Shown: positions 13,213-25,812 of the stretch, in pieces
Numbering within the stretch: position 1 is the stretch's first letter
Layout: each line of letters starts with the position of its first letter
Origin: Saprolegnia diclina VS20
Taxonomy: Eukaryota
NCBI RefSeq assembly: GCF_000281045.1
Contig: NW_008246090.1
Location: 426,608-490,607, forward strand
Length of the DNA: 64,000 bases
Direction of reading: 5' to 3'
Made by a program: the position numbers and the translations under genes
Notes under the pieces: generated by a model
The model's database searches: none
What the model was told of the DNA's origin: nothing
The model's input: only the letters and a program-made list of their open reading frames with translations

Positions 13213-14035
13213 CTATTCGTAAAATATGCGAAAGACCGTCTTGGCGATGAGCATCTCGGCGTCGTAAAAGCCGGTTTCGATCGTGATTTTGCCGCTAGCA
13301 GCGTGTTACACCAAGCGAGAAGAGCCGCGCGGGTACCTGATGAGGTCGGCAGGCAGCATGTTGTCGGCGCCGGCCGACTCGATCGTCTGCTGCCACGAGT
13401 TGGTCGAGCCGGGAATCACGTAGCCAAAGGCAAACAGCCACTCTACAACGTGTCGGTCGTACGTGGTGCAATGGCAGCGAGCAACCTTCCAAGCACTTGC
13501 CGTGCAAGTAGACGCGCTGTTCAAGGCGAAAGTTGTGGATCTCTTCAGTTGACGAAAAGTTGATTTCGCGCGAGACCGCAAGACACTGCAGAATGGCCTT
13601 GGGCACGACCGCTACGGTAGCGATGTAGAGAGCGCGTGGCTGAGGCAGCATACCTCGCTGCTCCTTTTCGTACATCTCCTTGGTAAACCGCTCTTGCAGC
13701 CAGAGAACGCGGCCTGTCTCGCCGCAGCGCATGTTCATAAAGTTGCTACGGAAAATGGCATGGTCATCGAGACGCTGGAGACGACAAATGTACATGCGTA
13801 AGCCGTCGCTGATCTTGCGGCCGCGCGGGTGCATGGCCTTTTGGATCTTGCCGACGTTCGGGTCCTGCAGCTTGGCGACCCACTCCTTCTCGACCTCGAG
13901 GTCCCATTTCTCTTGCGCGTCGTCGTCGCTCGGGCACGACTTGGTCTCGGCCGCGTCGAGGTCGTCGCACTCTTTCGCATGCTTGTAGCTCAGCTTTTCC
14001 TCACCGCGCTTGCAAGCGACTTCCTTCCGCTCCAT
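13213..14035 (-). CDS. PDE6D: GMP-phosphodiesterase delta-like prenyl-binding protein, spliced
   Basis: MNMRCGETGRVLW, VPKAILQCLAVSREINFSS, EWLFAFGYVIPGSTNSWQ, IETGFYD...RIFYE*. Confidence 0.85.
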
Positions 14036-14126
14036 GAGCAACGGTTGAAGATCCAATCGAAAATGAAAAATTCAGTTGTTCTAGCGTCAACCGGCGATAC
14101 GATCTTTGGCAACCGACGACGACGAG

Positions 14127-17100
14127 ATGGCCGAGCCCAAGGCCGACGACGATGATCTCAGGCGCGAGATGAAGAAGGCTGCGAAGAAGGCCTCCAAGAA
14201 GGCGGCGCCAGACGCGGGCCCGACGATTGCGACGCCAAAGACACCGCCGGCTGCAACGCCAGGCAAGCCCAAGACGCCGCCCGCCACCGCGACCAAACCG
14301 CCTTCCATGACAGACGTGCCAAAGATGAACCTCTCGAATCTTGGCGCGGCCGAGCCCAAGCCCTCCAGCACCGCCGGCGACGACAAGGCCAAGAAGAAGG
14401 CGTCGAAAAAACGACCTGATCCGGGTGCCGGGCCCGCGCCGACCGCGACGGCCATTCCAGCGACACCGACACCGGCCGTGACGTCGCCGACCAGCGCTGC
14501 CGTACGACGCATCCTCCTCCTCCAACGTCAACGTAAAACCGTTTGTAGGTACCCAAGGACGACGAAGAAGAGAAGGCGCGGCAAGCGGCGCGGCGCGAGG
14601 CCAAGCGCCAAAAGCAAAAGGAGCTCGAAGACGCCAAGCGCCGAAAGGACGAACTCGAGAGACAAGCGCTCGAGCTTGCGCGCCGCGAGGAAGAGGCCCG
14701 GCAGCGCGAGCTCCGTAAAGCGCAGGAGCTGGCGGCGCTCAATGCCAACGCCGAAGAGTGCCAAGAAGAAGAAGACTATGACGACGATTTCGAGGTCGAG
14801 CATTTCGTCGACAAAGGCGCTCACGCGAGCGATGGCTGTAGAACTACGAAGGCGACCGCACGGACGAGCCAGCGAAAAAGGCTGCGAAAAGCAGCAACAA
14901 CGATCCCGGCGAGGACAACAAACCCGACGAAGAGACGGTCAAGAAGATCCGCGAAGCGCTCCAAGCCGAGAGCAAGTCGCGGTCGTCGACGCCATCGTCG
15001 TCATCGGCCAAGTCGACGTCGCGGGCCGAGTCGAAAGACGCCAAAAAAGCATCGTCCAACAACGTTGTCTCGTCTTCGATTGCGGGCTTGAAGCAGGCCG
15101 TGGACCCGCGCGCGAAGCGTATCAAGGTCTTCTTTCAATGTATCAAGTGGCTGGCTCCGACGATTCATAGGAAATCCTCGAAAAGAAGAAATTCGACGTC
15201 GAAAAGTTTGATGTGTTCCAACTTGCACCGGCCAATGCCCTCGACAAGTACATGCAGCAGCTCCGCCTCGGTGCGGTCCGCCAAGTGTTTGTGCAGACCA
15301 ACGATGACGCGCGCGGCGTCAGCACGCAGACCGAGCACGGTGACGCCAAGGACTTTGGCATGCACTTTCCGGACGACCGGGGTCACGACGACATCGAGAG
15401 CAGCACGACGTCGTCACGGCACTTTATGACGTTCCTCGAACGGGCAGCGCACGTACTTCGCCCAACCGTCGTGTCCTTTTCTTATTCTTATTTTTGTCTA
15501 GGTTTGCGAAGTGCTGGCCGAGGAGAATATTGTACATAGTATTCGAGTCGCGTCGCGCAAGGACGGCGCCGAGACCAGTCGCCAGCCTAGCACACGCAAG
15601 CTCACGCAGCTCGAGACGACGCAGGTCGAGACGAAGGCGCAGCCGCTCTTGGCTGACCGAACCCTTGTCGGTGCGCTTCCATTGCTCCCTATCGTTGTCG
15701 ACATGGTGGACGTAGACGTGACCTTTTCCGTGACGGTCTCGCACTGGCTGCTCGCCGCGTACGCGCCCAGCGTCGACAACAACAACGAGAGTGCAGCGTT
15801 TAGCGACAAGTCGATCTTGTGTGTGTGGGACGTCAACCAAGTCGCGTCGCCGCTTCGGTATCTCGCTGCAAGGATGGCGCAGCCTTCCATGATCGTAGGT
15901 GGTTGCGCGCCGAGGGCAACGTGACATGCTGCAGTCTGGGCCCGAACCGAGACCTCTTTGCACTCTGTGGCACAGAAGAAGGCGACGTGCAGCTCTGGGA
16001 CCTCCGCCACCCAGTGTCGCCCAACTTTGAAGGTGCGGCATCCCACGCACGGAACCTCTTGGGGCGAGTCGTTCGTAGTCCATGTCGGTGGCCGCCGTGT
16101 CAAGGTCGCGCCACCGTCGTACGCGACGGCCGGGATGAAGTACGCGCGCAACAGCCACGCGTCGCCGATAGTACGTGGGAATCAAGCGACGCACTTGACG
16201 CTGTTGCTAGTGCTCGGTGGTGCCGATGCCGTCTGGGAAAAAAGGCGCCAACTTCCAAATCGGGTCCCTCGACAACCGTGGACGTGTGATTCTCTGGGGC
16301 ATTGTCGAGTCGGCGGCCGATGCGACCGAGTACGTCTTGTCTTGTAACAAAGCCCGAGTCCATCTTGGTAGCGCACTGGGCATGGACAGCTGCGTGGAGA
16401 TTGGTGGGCGCGTGCGCTTGGTCAAGACGTCGGTCATCGAGACGGCCCCGACCGTCGCATTTGGCCCGACCGCGACGCTGCTTGCCGTGCTCCCCTCGGA
16501 CACGAGCTTGTACGATCCGCCTGTCGTATCGCTAAGAAACGAGAGTCCCCTTGTCGTACATAGGTTTGTCGTCGGGTCCCATACCGGCAAGCTCCAGCTC
16601 CATAGCCGCTTTGAGAAGAAGCTGCCGGTCAAGGCCTACCTCAGTGATCCGTGTGCCGGCGCCGTCACCGCCGTGGCGTTTAGCCCCTTATTGCCAACGT
16701 ACTTGCTCGTGGGGTACGCCGACGGCAGTGTCCGGTACGCATGTATCAATGTGTCAAGTGCCGGATCGTGACACGGCCTGCGTAGCCTCTTTGACAAGGG
16801 CCTCGCGCACGCGATTGCGAGCTGGGCCGAGGCACCGACAAGCCGCGTGCATGTCGCCGGGCTGCAATGGTCGCCGTCGCGCAGTGCAGTCTTTTTCGTT
16901 CATTATTCGAACGGGGACCTTGGCGTCTGGGACCTCTTGGCGTCGCACATGGTTCGGGAGTCAACCGCGCAGCGCTGCTCACAGTAATGCGTAGAGCTCC
17001 GTGCTCGTCCAGCGTGTGACGACGCCGAGCGCCATCATGCGCCTGTCGATTGCGTGCGTTCCCTTTGATGGTCATGGGTGCGCGTGACGAACCCTCGTAG

Positions 17101-17298
17101 CGCCGACGTGGTCAAGACGTGCCGGCCGATGCTGGCCGTGATCTCGCCAGAGTCGCCCAACCAACTGCGCCTGCATGCCCTCTGGTACGTTGCAACATTC
17201 ACGTGTGCATCACGCTGGCGATGTCTAGTCCGTCCTTGACAAGCTCAAGTGCCAAGGAAGCGCACGCTGTCCACGCAGTGCTCCAAGGGGTCGTATAA
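14127..17298 (+). CDS. WDR60: Dynein-2 intermediate chain WDR60-like, spliced
   Basis: Charged low-complexity N-terminus, DYDDDFENYE, VFVQTNDDARGVSTQTE, C-terminal WD40 repeats. Confidence 0.75.
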
Positions 17299-17467
17299 AG
17301 GAAAAAGAACAGATAATACAAAAGTCATATTGACCAGTGGGCTCGAAACGAGCATCAACTCAAGGAGAGAGAATATTTCCTACGTAACTAGTACTACATG
17401 CACATGATGTCTTTTTTGTTTTCTTTTTTCGGGATTTTCTTGATGTTTCTTGGATTTTCTTGGATTT

Positions 17468-18322
17468 TCATTCGTAGCTCGGGGCGAACCATTGGCACTT
17501 GGTCACGAAGCGACCGCCTTCCCGCACACGCGAGGAGGCGACGCGCGAGCGGGCCTTGTACCGGGCGCCGCGCTTCCAGTTGCGGCGGTGGCGCTTCTCG
17601 ACGAAGCGGTGCAGCACCATCTTGCGCGCCTCCGACTTGTTGCTCTTGCACACCCAGCAGCGAGCCGGGTCGTGCACGTACGCTTCTTCGTCCGCGTCGA
17701 CCGCCGAGGAGCAGACCGAGATGGGCGAAGCGGGCGCAGCCGTCGGGAACGCAGGCGCCGCCAGGGTGGCGGGCGCCCGCATGCCAAACGTCACGTCCAT
17801 GCGAGGGATGAGCGCAAGCGGGATGCGCGGGTCGATCTTGTTGAAGACGGGCGTCTTGATGCAACACCGAGGGTCGATCGGCGTCTGGTACGTGCGAAAG
17901 TCGAGGTGCGACAGCGCGGCGGCCGAGTCGAGCGGGCTCGTCGTCGACGCGTCGTCGTCGTCCTCGTCTTCATCATCGGACTCGTCGTCGTCGCAGAGGT
18001 CGGCGGTCATGTCGACGTCGTGGCCGAGGAGGGCGTCAAGGTCCGTCTCGGTGAACGTCGGCACGTCGCTGAAGCCATCGTCCTTGGCTTGCGCCTTGGA
18101 GAGCGACTCGATGAGGTCGGTGAAGGCATCGATGTCGTTGGCAGTCTCTTCGTCGTCGACGGCGGAGAGAAGCTGCGCAAACTCGTCAATGTCGTTGGCC
18201 GCGTCGGCGTCGTCCAGCTCGAGCGAGTTGGCGAGCGCGTCTTCGTGGAAGGCCACGCTAGTGGGCCCAAAGAGGGCGTGGGGCGCGTGGAACGTCGGGA
18301 GCATGTTCATCATGGTGGTCAT
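17468..18322 (-). CDS. Acidic protein with C-terminal CCT domain
   Basis: RKMVLHRFVEKRHRRNWKRGARYKARSRVASSRVREGGRFV fits the CCT consensus; first ATG at 18322. Confidence 0.8.
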   Translation of the reverse strand: MTTMMNMLPTFHAPHALFGPTSVAFHEDALANSLELDDADAANDIDEFAQLLSAVDDEETANDIDAFTDLIESLSKAQAKDDGFSDVPTFTETDLDALLGHDVDMTADLCDDDESDDEDEDDDDASTTSPLDSAAALSHLDFRTYQTPIDPRCCIKTPVFNKIDPRIPLALIPRMDVTFGMRAPATLAAPAFPTAAPASPISVCSSAVDADEEAYVHDPARCWVCKSNKSEARKMVLHRFVEKRHRRNWKRGARYKARSRVASSRVREGGRFVTKCQWFAPSYE

Positions 18323-19469
18323 TGTTGTTCGTGTCGTAGGTCGTAAAGTCAAAGTCTTGGGTCGAGAGTTCGGTTCTCAGGGGGGCACAGGCCATCGCGG
18401 CGTTGGCAACTACTGCTGCATCATCGTCGGGGGGGGTTACCAAAAAGCAAGCGCGGTATCATTTATTCGGACATCATCTGGACCGAAAAAACAACACGCG
18501 ACGAGATTATGGTAAGGGGAAAGCTAAAGTGAGCTCGACAGTGCCGCACCACAAGCCACTGGCCACGGGTCGAGCCCGAGCCCTACGCATTTAATCTTTA
18601 ATTTCCGCCGCCGACTGCGTTTTCGTATAGGTTGCCAAGTTGCGCCAAAAAATTACGTGGCAGTCCCCCAGCCCTCCACCCACTTTGCACCAATCACTTT
18701 GCACTTGTGCCGCGTCAGCCAATCGCGATCGCGTGCACATCCAGCATTTTTCGTTGAAGCGGCGTTTACAAACATTGCGATACAAATCCCAAGGCATTTT
18801 TTAAAACAAGAGAAAAATCGAAAGCGGCACGGGCAAGTCCCTCGGTGTGGAGGGTGTCCGCTCGCATGTCGCAGGTACTAATGCAAGCAGCAGGTCCATC
18901 CCGCTCCCAGCTCCCAATCGAGGAACCGCGTCGCTCACGAGCTTCCTTGCTACGAGTAGGAAGCTGCACAAAGTGCCCTCGAGTCGGAATCCAAGGCTGC
19001 GTGCAATAAGAAGCAATAAGAAGCAACCCTGGCTCGCACCGACCGGTATGAATACACAGCTTCGTGGAGCTGACCCGAGACAGGCGACTGGTCCGAAATA
19101 TGGGTTCGAGGGCCCATGTGATAGCGTAGTGTTACGCCTGCTTTCTGCAGGTGGCGACGGCAGATGGGTCGGCGAGCGTTCAGCCGACAACAGAGGCGGC
19201 CGGCGAAGCAGGTCGAAGCTTCGGCCCGATCGCGCAATGCCGTGCGGCAAGCGCTCGTGACCAGTCGTCACCTCGTTTGCGGGACGCTCGGCGTGCCACG
19301 CGTCACTCGCCGCCTCGTCGTCCCACATACAATGCCGGTCACCGACATTCCGATGTCGGGCGCCAAAATTATTGGGCCGATGGTCAGTCGCTTGCAAGGG
19401 CATGAAATATGTATCCTGGTCGCTTGCGCGGTGGAGAAGAGCGCTAGCACATACTGGTTATAGAATTCG

Positions 19470-21990
19470 TTAAAGCGCAAAGGACCGGCCCCGCGCGACG
19501 AGGTCGGTGGCGTAAATGGCGCCAACGAGCCGGCCTTTGCCCGTCACGTACAGCTCGGGTGTCTTGTGGACCGAGATGAGCAAAATCACTTTGGACGCAA
19601 ACGTATCGCGGTGCACGTGCACGTTCTCAGCGTCGAGACTCAGTAGCTCGCAGCCGACAAGGTCGACGCGTTCTTGCGTGCGGAGGTCGCGCGTCTGGTC
19701 GCTCGTGAGGCCCGCGATCGCGAGCTGGCTCGTCAAACCCATGTGGCGCGACCGCGGCGTGAGGGCCGCCGACTCGGAGTCGGGGCTCGATGCAAACTCG
19801 GACGCATTGTCATGGCCATTCGGCGGCGAAAAGCCAAAGTGAGGCCGGGGCACGAGGCCAGCGACGCCGTCGACGACGTGGTTCCATGTCTGCAGCAGCG
19901 CCTCGAGCTCGTCGCGCTCAATGACACCGAGGAAGATGCGGTTGCTCTCGTCGTCCACGACGGGAAAGCGGGCGACGGTTGCCGGCGCAGTGCTCAGAAA
20001 ATCCGCGAGCGACGACCGCGACTGGCGCCGCGCGAGGACGTGCGACGGCGGCACCGCGTGCATGAGGTCGGTGGCCACGAGCGCATACGATCTCTGCCGC
20101 GTGAGGTCGGGCCACTGCGGCAGGCTCTTGTCGCGCGCGATCGTCTCGTACATGTCGAGCGAGATAAACCCCGCGATCGCACGCCCCAGCAGTACCGCGA
20201 GGAGGACGGGGATCATGTACGTCAGCTGTTGCGTGAGCTCAAAGACAATGACCGCGATGCTAAATGTGCCCGTGACACCGGCCGTGAACGACGCCGCGCC
20301 CACGATCGCATAGCCCGCCGGCACTATGTTGGCGCTCGGGGCTACGTATGCGAGAAACTCGCCAAAGAGACGGCCGAGCACTGCGCCAAGTGCAAACACC
20401 GGGGTAAAGATGCCGTTGGGGACGCCGACGCTCGCCGCGAGCGCCGTCGCAAGGAACCGAATGAGAAAGAAGAGACCGAGGTTGAGCGGCAGTGACGGAG
20501 CGCCCCAGTAGGTGCCAAATTTGTCATCTAACAGTTGACAATATGTATATCAGCAACGACGACGTTGTCGACGCGTTGATAGAACGTACACAGTAGCGTG
20601 TGATTCGAGTGGTCGAGGTCCTTGGCGAGGAACATGTCGTCGATGATCGACCGGTTGCCAAGCAGCATGCAGTTGCCGTAGGCGTAGTCGAGCATCGCAA
20701 AGGCGGTGCCGACCGCCGCTGCGTACCGAAAGGGCTTGGCGCCCCAGAGACCCATATTGCTACAGCATCCATCATGAGCTTGTCAGGACGCGTAGACCAA
20801 GTAGTGTGTACCGGCGACGGACGTTGACACACCACGAAAATGTGCGGACAAAGACGCCAGCGAGGACGCCGCAGACGATCGCGAGGAAGAGGAAGAAGAT
20901 GGTCTCAAACGACGCCGAGTGAAAGTCGAGGTCAGTTGTAAAGAGCGACGCGTTGCGGTCGTTGCCGCTGAGGACGTTGAGCCACCGAAACATGATGACG
21001 CCGACGACCGAGCAAAAGAACGCGCGCCAATAGTTGCTCGTCATGTAGTACGTTGTCGTGACCTCGATCGAGAAGAGGACGCCGCCAATGGGTGTGCCAA
21101 ACGCGGCCGTGACGCCGACCGCACACGCCGCCGAGAGCGCGTGGTGCGTGAGATCCGGCGACCGCTTGATGTCCTTGAAGAGCGGCAACTGGAGCAGCTG
21201 GTTGGCAATGATGCAGCTCAAGTGCACGAAAGGCCCTTCCTTCCCGATCGAGAGGCCGCTGCCGAGGGCGCACACAAGACCGAGGAACTTGGAGACGAGC
21301 GCGAGACCCGACAAGTAGTGCGGCAGCACAAACCCACCCAGGATGGATCGCATTTCTACACCCGACTGGATGGTATCAACGGTAAAGAATGAGATACGAT
21401 GTACCTGGAATGCCAGAGCCGGCGGCGCTCGGGCAAATGAAGAACGTGAGCGTCACACCCAGCATGAGGATGCACACGCGGTACCCGACGTAGAGGAGGA
21501 AGCGCGAGACAAAGTTGGACCCGAGGTTGGTCACGACCGCGTGGAGCTCCGTGATACCTAGCACGGCTGCGTCGACGCCAAAGGCCGTGACGGAGGCCAT
21601 GACACCGAGTACGACGAGGTAGATCCACGAGCTGCGAAAGAGCGCATACAAAATCGCGTCGCACGACCGGCCAGAGCTGCTTTCGCGCGCGTCGACCATG
21701 GTCTCCCACTGCCACTTGCGCTCGGGCGACCGCGGCAAGTCGCCGATGACCGCCGTTGGCTCGTTGCTGCCGTCGATCGGTGGCAGCGCCGACGGGCGGT
21801 ACGTGTCATACGTGGCATCGAACGCGTACTCGTTGGACGTCCCGCGATGCATGTGGGCCAGCGAGATAGACGAGATCGAGACGCGCGGCTCATGCTCCAT
21901 GGAGGCGCGGGGCGTTGACGAGGCCTGCGCGTTGATGGGATCGCGGCCATCGCCGGCCACGTCGACAGCGACTTGCGCGTCGGCTTGCAT
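19470..21990 (-). CDS. CLC-family chloride channel with CBS domains, spliced
   Basis: GSGIPE, GKEGPFVH, FGTPIGGVLFSIEV, GIFTPVFALG, C-terminal CBS pair. Confidence 0.93.
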
Positions 21991-22488
21991 CGTCGAACAA
22001 TGTTGTTGTTTGTGGTCGCATCCGGATATTCAGCCAAGATCTGCAAACTGTTTAAAACACATAAAATACACTACAACAACCAAGTCACATACCGAACAAG
22101 CGATATATTCAGCGTATCCGGAGGCGCCAACCCGCCAACAAGCCGTCGTGCCGGCCGATTGTGGTCAACCGCCGCTACTCGACAACGAATACTCGACAAC
22201 TGGACGATATTACCAGACCATAGATGTGTACACATTGTCCTGCCCACGTGTAGCGCGCCCGTGGCCCCGTTCGTGGCCTACGAATTGTGGTGGTGATGTT
22301 CATTGACAGCACGTGTCCCAGGTCGTCAGAGCGAGTCTGATCAGCACAGACGCGATCTTCACATCATGCTCGTTCAGGTGGACACTCTGTCTACCACGTA
22401 CGATTGCGTGGTGGACTGGCTGAGATGGCGCGAAAAATGAACGGACAATAATGGGCGGTGCGATATTAACCTATCCTCGTCCTGCAAT

Positions 22489-24225
22489 CTAGTGCAAAAT
22501 GAGCGTCGGCTTGTTCTCGAGCGGGACGTAGCCGGGCAGCACCATGTTGGTTTGATCCGTAATCATGGACGTGATCGACGGCCGGACTTCGTTGAGACTC
22601 GCGAGTTGGTTCTTGAGCATTTCTTGCCACCCGGTCTTGCCGGCCGAGTGCTTGTAGCCATATGCAAAGTACGAGAGGACCGCGAGGAGGATCCAGCAAA
22701 AGCCAAAGCCAATGTCCTTGGCTGGGAGCTGCGCAATGAGGTACCAGTTGATCGTAATCGCCAAAATCGGCACAAACGGCACCAGCGGCGCGCGGTAGCA
22801 GTCGGCAGGGCCGACGTTCTGCGGGCACTTGAGGTAAATGGTTGTCGCGAGGCCAATGACGGCCGCGAGAAGCAGCACGGCCGCGACAAGGAAGCCGACG
22901 CCGCCGGACGCTACCTCGACATATCCCTTCTCAAAGAAGAACATCGAGATGCACGAGCAGCCGACCATCGCGCCTGTGAGCTTGTAGGCAAAGACGGGCG
23001 ATGCCTCGCGCGTCCGCGCCAAAATGAGCGCCGAGTTGGTCATGTTGAACGAGACGAGGATGCCAAACGAAACAATGTTCCAGAGGTAGTCGAATGGCAC
23101 CAGAATCGCAAAGAGCGTAAAGAAGACGCCAGTGATGACCGTGCACCAGAAAAGGTTGCCGTTCTTGTCGACGCGGCCAAAGATCTCGGGCAAGAGCCCG
23201 TCGACCGACATGGCGTACATGAGACGGGGCTGCGCAAGGAACGAGATCAAGACGACAACCGGCATCGTCCCGACTTCACCAATGTGCACGATCGTCGACG
23301 CCCAGTGGTACCCGACGTTCTGGAAGCCCGCGGAAAAGTAAAAGCCGCCTTCCGGATCCGCATCGTACTTCATCATGCCCGAGAGCGCGAGCGACGCAAA
23401 GGCCGAGAGAAACATCGTACCGAGGATCGTGCCGACGACCGCACGCGGCATGATCTTGCGTGGGTCCTTGGCCTCGGCCGCGAGGCAGCACACTTCGTCA
23501 AAACCGACGTAGCCAAAGAACGCTTGAGACGCGCCGAGCATCATGCCCTGGAAGCCATACCGGTTCTTGGCTTCGTCGCGCGGCGGAATGAACGGCGTCA
23601 TGTTGTCCAAATTGGCGGCCGTAAAGCCCGCAAAGATGATGAAGATGACGACCACGATCTTCGTGCCCGTGACCGTGTTGATAAAGACCTTGCCAAACTT
23701 GATGCCGACGAGGAGGATGAGCACCGAGACGGTCATGACGAGCGCGGCCAGGAACGACGCGTGCGGCAAATTGAGCCAGTCGTACTGCGCCTTGTCGCTC
23801 GGCGAGCCCTCGATGAGCCACTGCTGCACTTTGGTGGCCCACGAGCGCGCGACACCGGCACCCGACATGCCGTACTCGAGGGTCAAGAGCCACGCGCCAA
23901 TGACGGCCGGAAGCTCGCCGAGGATGTGGTACGAGTACGCATACGTCGAGCCGGACGACGGGATGAGCGAGCTCATCTCCATGTAGGCGAACCCGCTGAG
24001 AATGCACGAGCAACCGGCAATGACCCAGCCGATAAAGGCCGCGGGGCCCGCTGCGCCACTGATAATGTCGCCCGTCGTCGCAAAAACACCGGACCCGACC
24101 GTCGACCCGATGCCGATCATGATGAGGTCGCGCAAGCCGAGCTCGCGCGGGAGCTCTTCCTTGCGCTCTTCGGCTTCAATGACCTCGATCGGCTTGGTCC
24201 GGAAGAGGTTGTCGAGGAAACCCAT
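22489..24225 (-). CDS. APC-superfamily cationic amino acid transporter (CAT-like), intronless
   Basis: GIGSTVGSGVF, AGPAA, GSTYAY, FFGYVGFDEV, AEAKDPRK, QPRLMYAMSVDGLLP. Start MGFLDNLF at 24225. Confidence 0.92.
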   Translation of the reverse strand: MGFLDNLFRTKPIEVIEAEERKEELPRELGLRDLIMIGIGSTVGSGVFATTGDIISGAAGPAAFIGWVIAGCSCILSGFAYMEMSSLIPSSGSTYAYSYHILGELPAVIGAWLLTLEYGMSGAGVARSWATKVQQWLIEGSPSDKAQYDWLNLPHASFLAALVMTVSVLILLVGIKFGKVFINTVTGTKIVVVIFIIFAGFTAANLDNMTPFIPPRDEAKNRYGFQGMMLGASQAFFGYVGFDEVCCLAAEAKDPRKIMPRAVVGTILGTMFLSAFASLALSGMMKYDADPEGGFYFSAGFQNVGYHWASTIVHIGEVGTMPVVVLISFLAQPRLMYAMSVDGLLPEIFGRVDKNGNLFWCTVITGVFFTLFAILVPFDYLWNIVSFGILVSFNMTNSALILARTREASPVFAYKLTGAMVGCSCISMFFFEKGYVEVASGGVGFLVAAVLLLAAVIGLATTIYLKCPQNVGPADCYRAPLVPFVPILAITINWYLIAQLPAKDIGFGFCWILLAVLSYFAYGYKHSAGKTGWQEMLKNQLASLNEVRPSITSMITDQTNMVLPGYVPLENKPTLILH

Positions 24226-25812
24226 GCTGGAGGAAAATCGCAAAGTGCTCGGTTGCCCTAGTTTGTCGCCGGCCAGTTGGGCAATCACCTGCGACATGCA
24301 CGTCCTACTGTACGTAAATAGTGTGCCCGTATGTGCACCGCCATGGCAAGAATGAAGCCAAATCTGGCAACCGCCTCGTAGGACAACGTGCTGCGTATGC
24401 AGATCGTTTGGAGCTTGCACGGGTGTGTACTTGGGGGAATCGAGCTCGTGTCTTGCAAGCGTGCGTCCACTTGTCAGGGTTGTCCCATGGTGCGATAACG
24501 CGGTGGCGACATTCTTTAAATAGTGTGCGATGCACGCGAGTGCGGCCTGTGATTGGTCAGCTGGCGCGACTTTGGCGCGGACTGGCGGTCGCAGTCGCTC
24601 GTAGCCACGAATCGAGCTCGAATGGGTTACGAGCGACATGTGCCACTTCTTCGTACCAGTTGCAATATGACGCACGGGACACATGTGCGCAAGGTTCTTG
24701 TGACCCAGAATGCGCGTTAGAGGAACGATTATCCGCGAATTCGGCGCTGGCTATAGATCTGTGGTGAGCACAAGGTGTGGACACGCAGTGACGGGTTGAA
24801 GTGGTGCAGCAGCTTCTTGGGTCACTTTCGGTATAGTACGTACTATGCTCAAGGCTACTAGTAGCGCGTAGGTCCCCTTGTATACAACGGAGGTCGATGA
24901 CTACCGAATACTCGACCCTCTCACGCTACAGCATGGGCAGACATTTTATTGTTCAGATATGGATGTCCACTTGTGGGTGCCAACTGAACATCTTGCCGAT
25001 TGGTATCCAGGAAGCGCTCACGAGATTGGCGTCGAGAATTGGTGTCGAGGGCTTGGTGAACCTAGATTCTGCCAACACACGTTCAAATCTATTGCGGTGC
25101 TTTTGTGTGGTGTGAGGGAGATTCTACACGTAGAATAGTACGCAGCAGTACAGTTAGTACAGTTGAGTAGTTTCCTACTCGCAAGAGAGGCTGATGTTGC
25201 GCATGGTTGCTCAATCAGATTTCACAATCCCACTCCTGTAGACGTTCTTGGTGCAACTTGGTCAACTTGACCATCAATGGGCTCCTCGACTCTTTTTTCT
25301 CAGAAAACAACGACTGACACAAAAGAACGGTACAGCCTTTTTGAATTGTAATTGGTTCCGAGTCGATATCGACGCGCTGCCCATGCCGCAGCGCATTGCG
25401 TCATGTACATCCCACCCAGAACTGCTAGGATTTTGTAGTACAACTATGGACATATTTACTTCAGTGTGCTTCAAGCATCCCACGCGTCCACCGCTGCCGA
25501 GCCCTTGGTCGGACACGGTCCATCCCGGGCATATCCATATTGACATATTGAAATCGCGCGTTGACGAAAAGAGCAATACTACTTGGCTTTCTATTGCTCG
25601 TTTGGCGGCTCGAAGCATTGGTTGCGTTGCACTTGAAGTTTGTATGTCCCAACGGCAACTTCGAATATCACTGCCAAGTCCCTCGTTGCGGCGAAGAAAG
25701 ATATCGACTCGAAGCACATGCAGGCCACGCTCGCCCGGCCCAAGCGCGGTACGTCCGTCTCCGCCATCCGCGACGCTGACGCATGAGCCGCATAGGCCTC
25801 GTCGATGTCGAC

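Noticed and set aside
22492..24261. Long antisense ORFs (589 aa here, 605 aa at 33878-35695, and others)
   Set aside because: Shadows of GC-rich codon bias on the opposite strand of clear genes.
24226..24684. N-terminal extension of the APC transporter in the ORF track
   Set aside because: Looks like promoter/UTR sequence (CCAAT box near 24551); family homology starts at MGFLDNLF.
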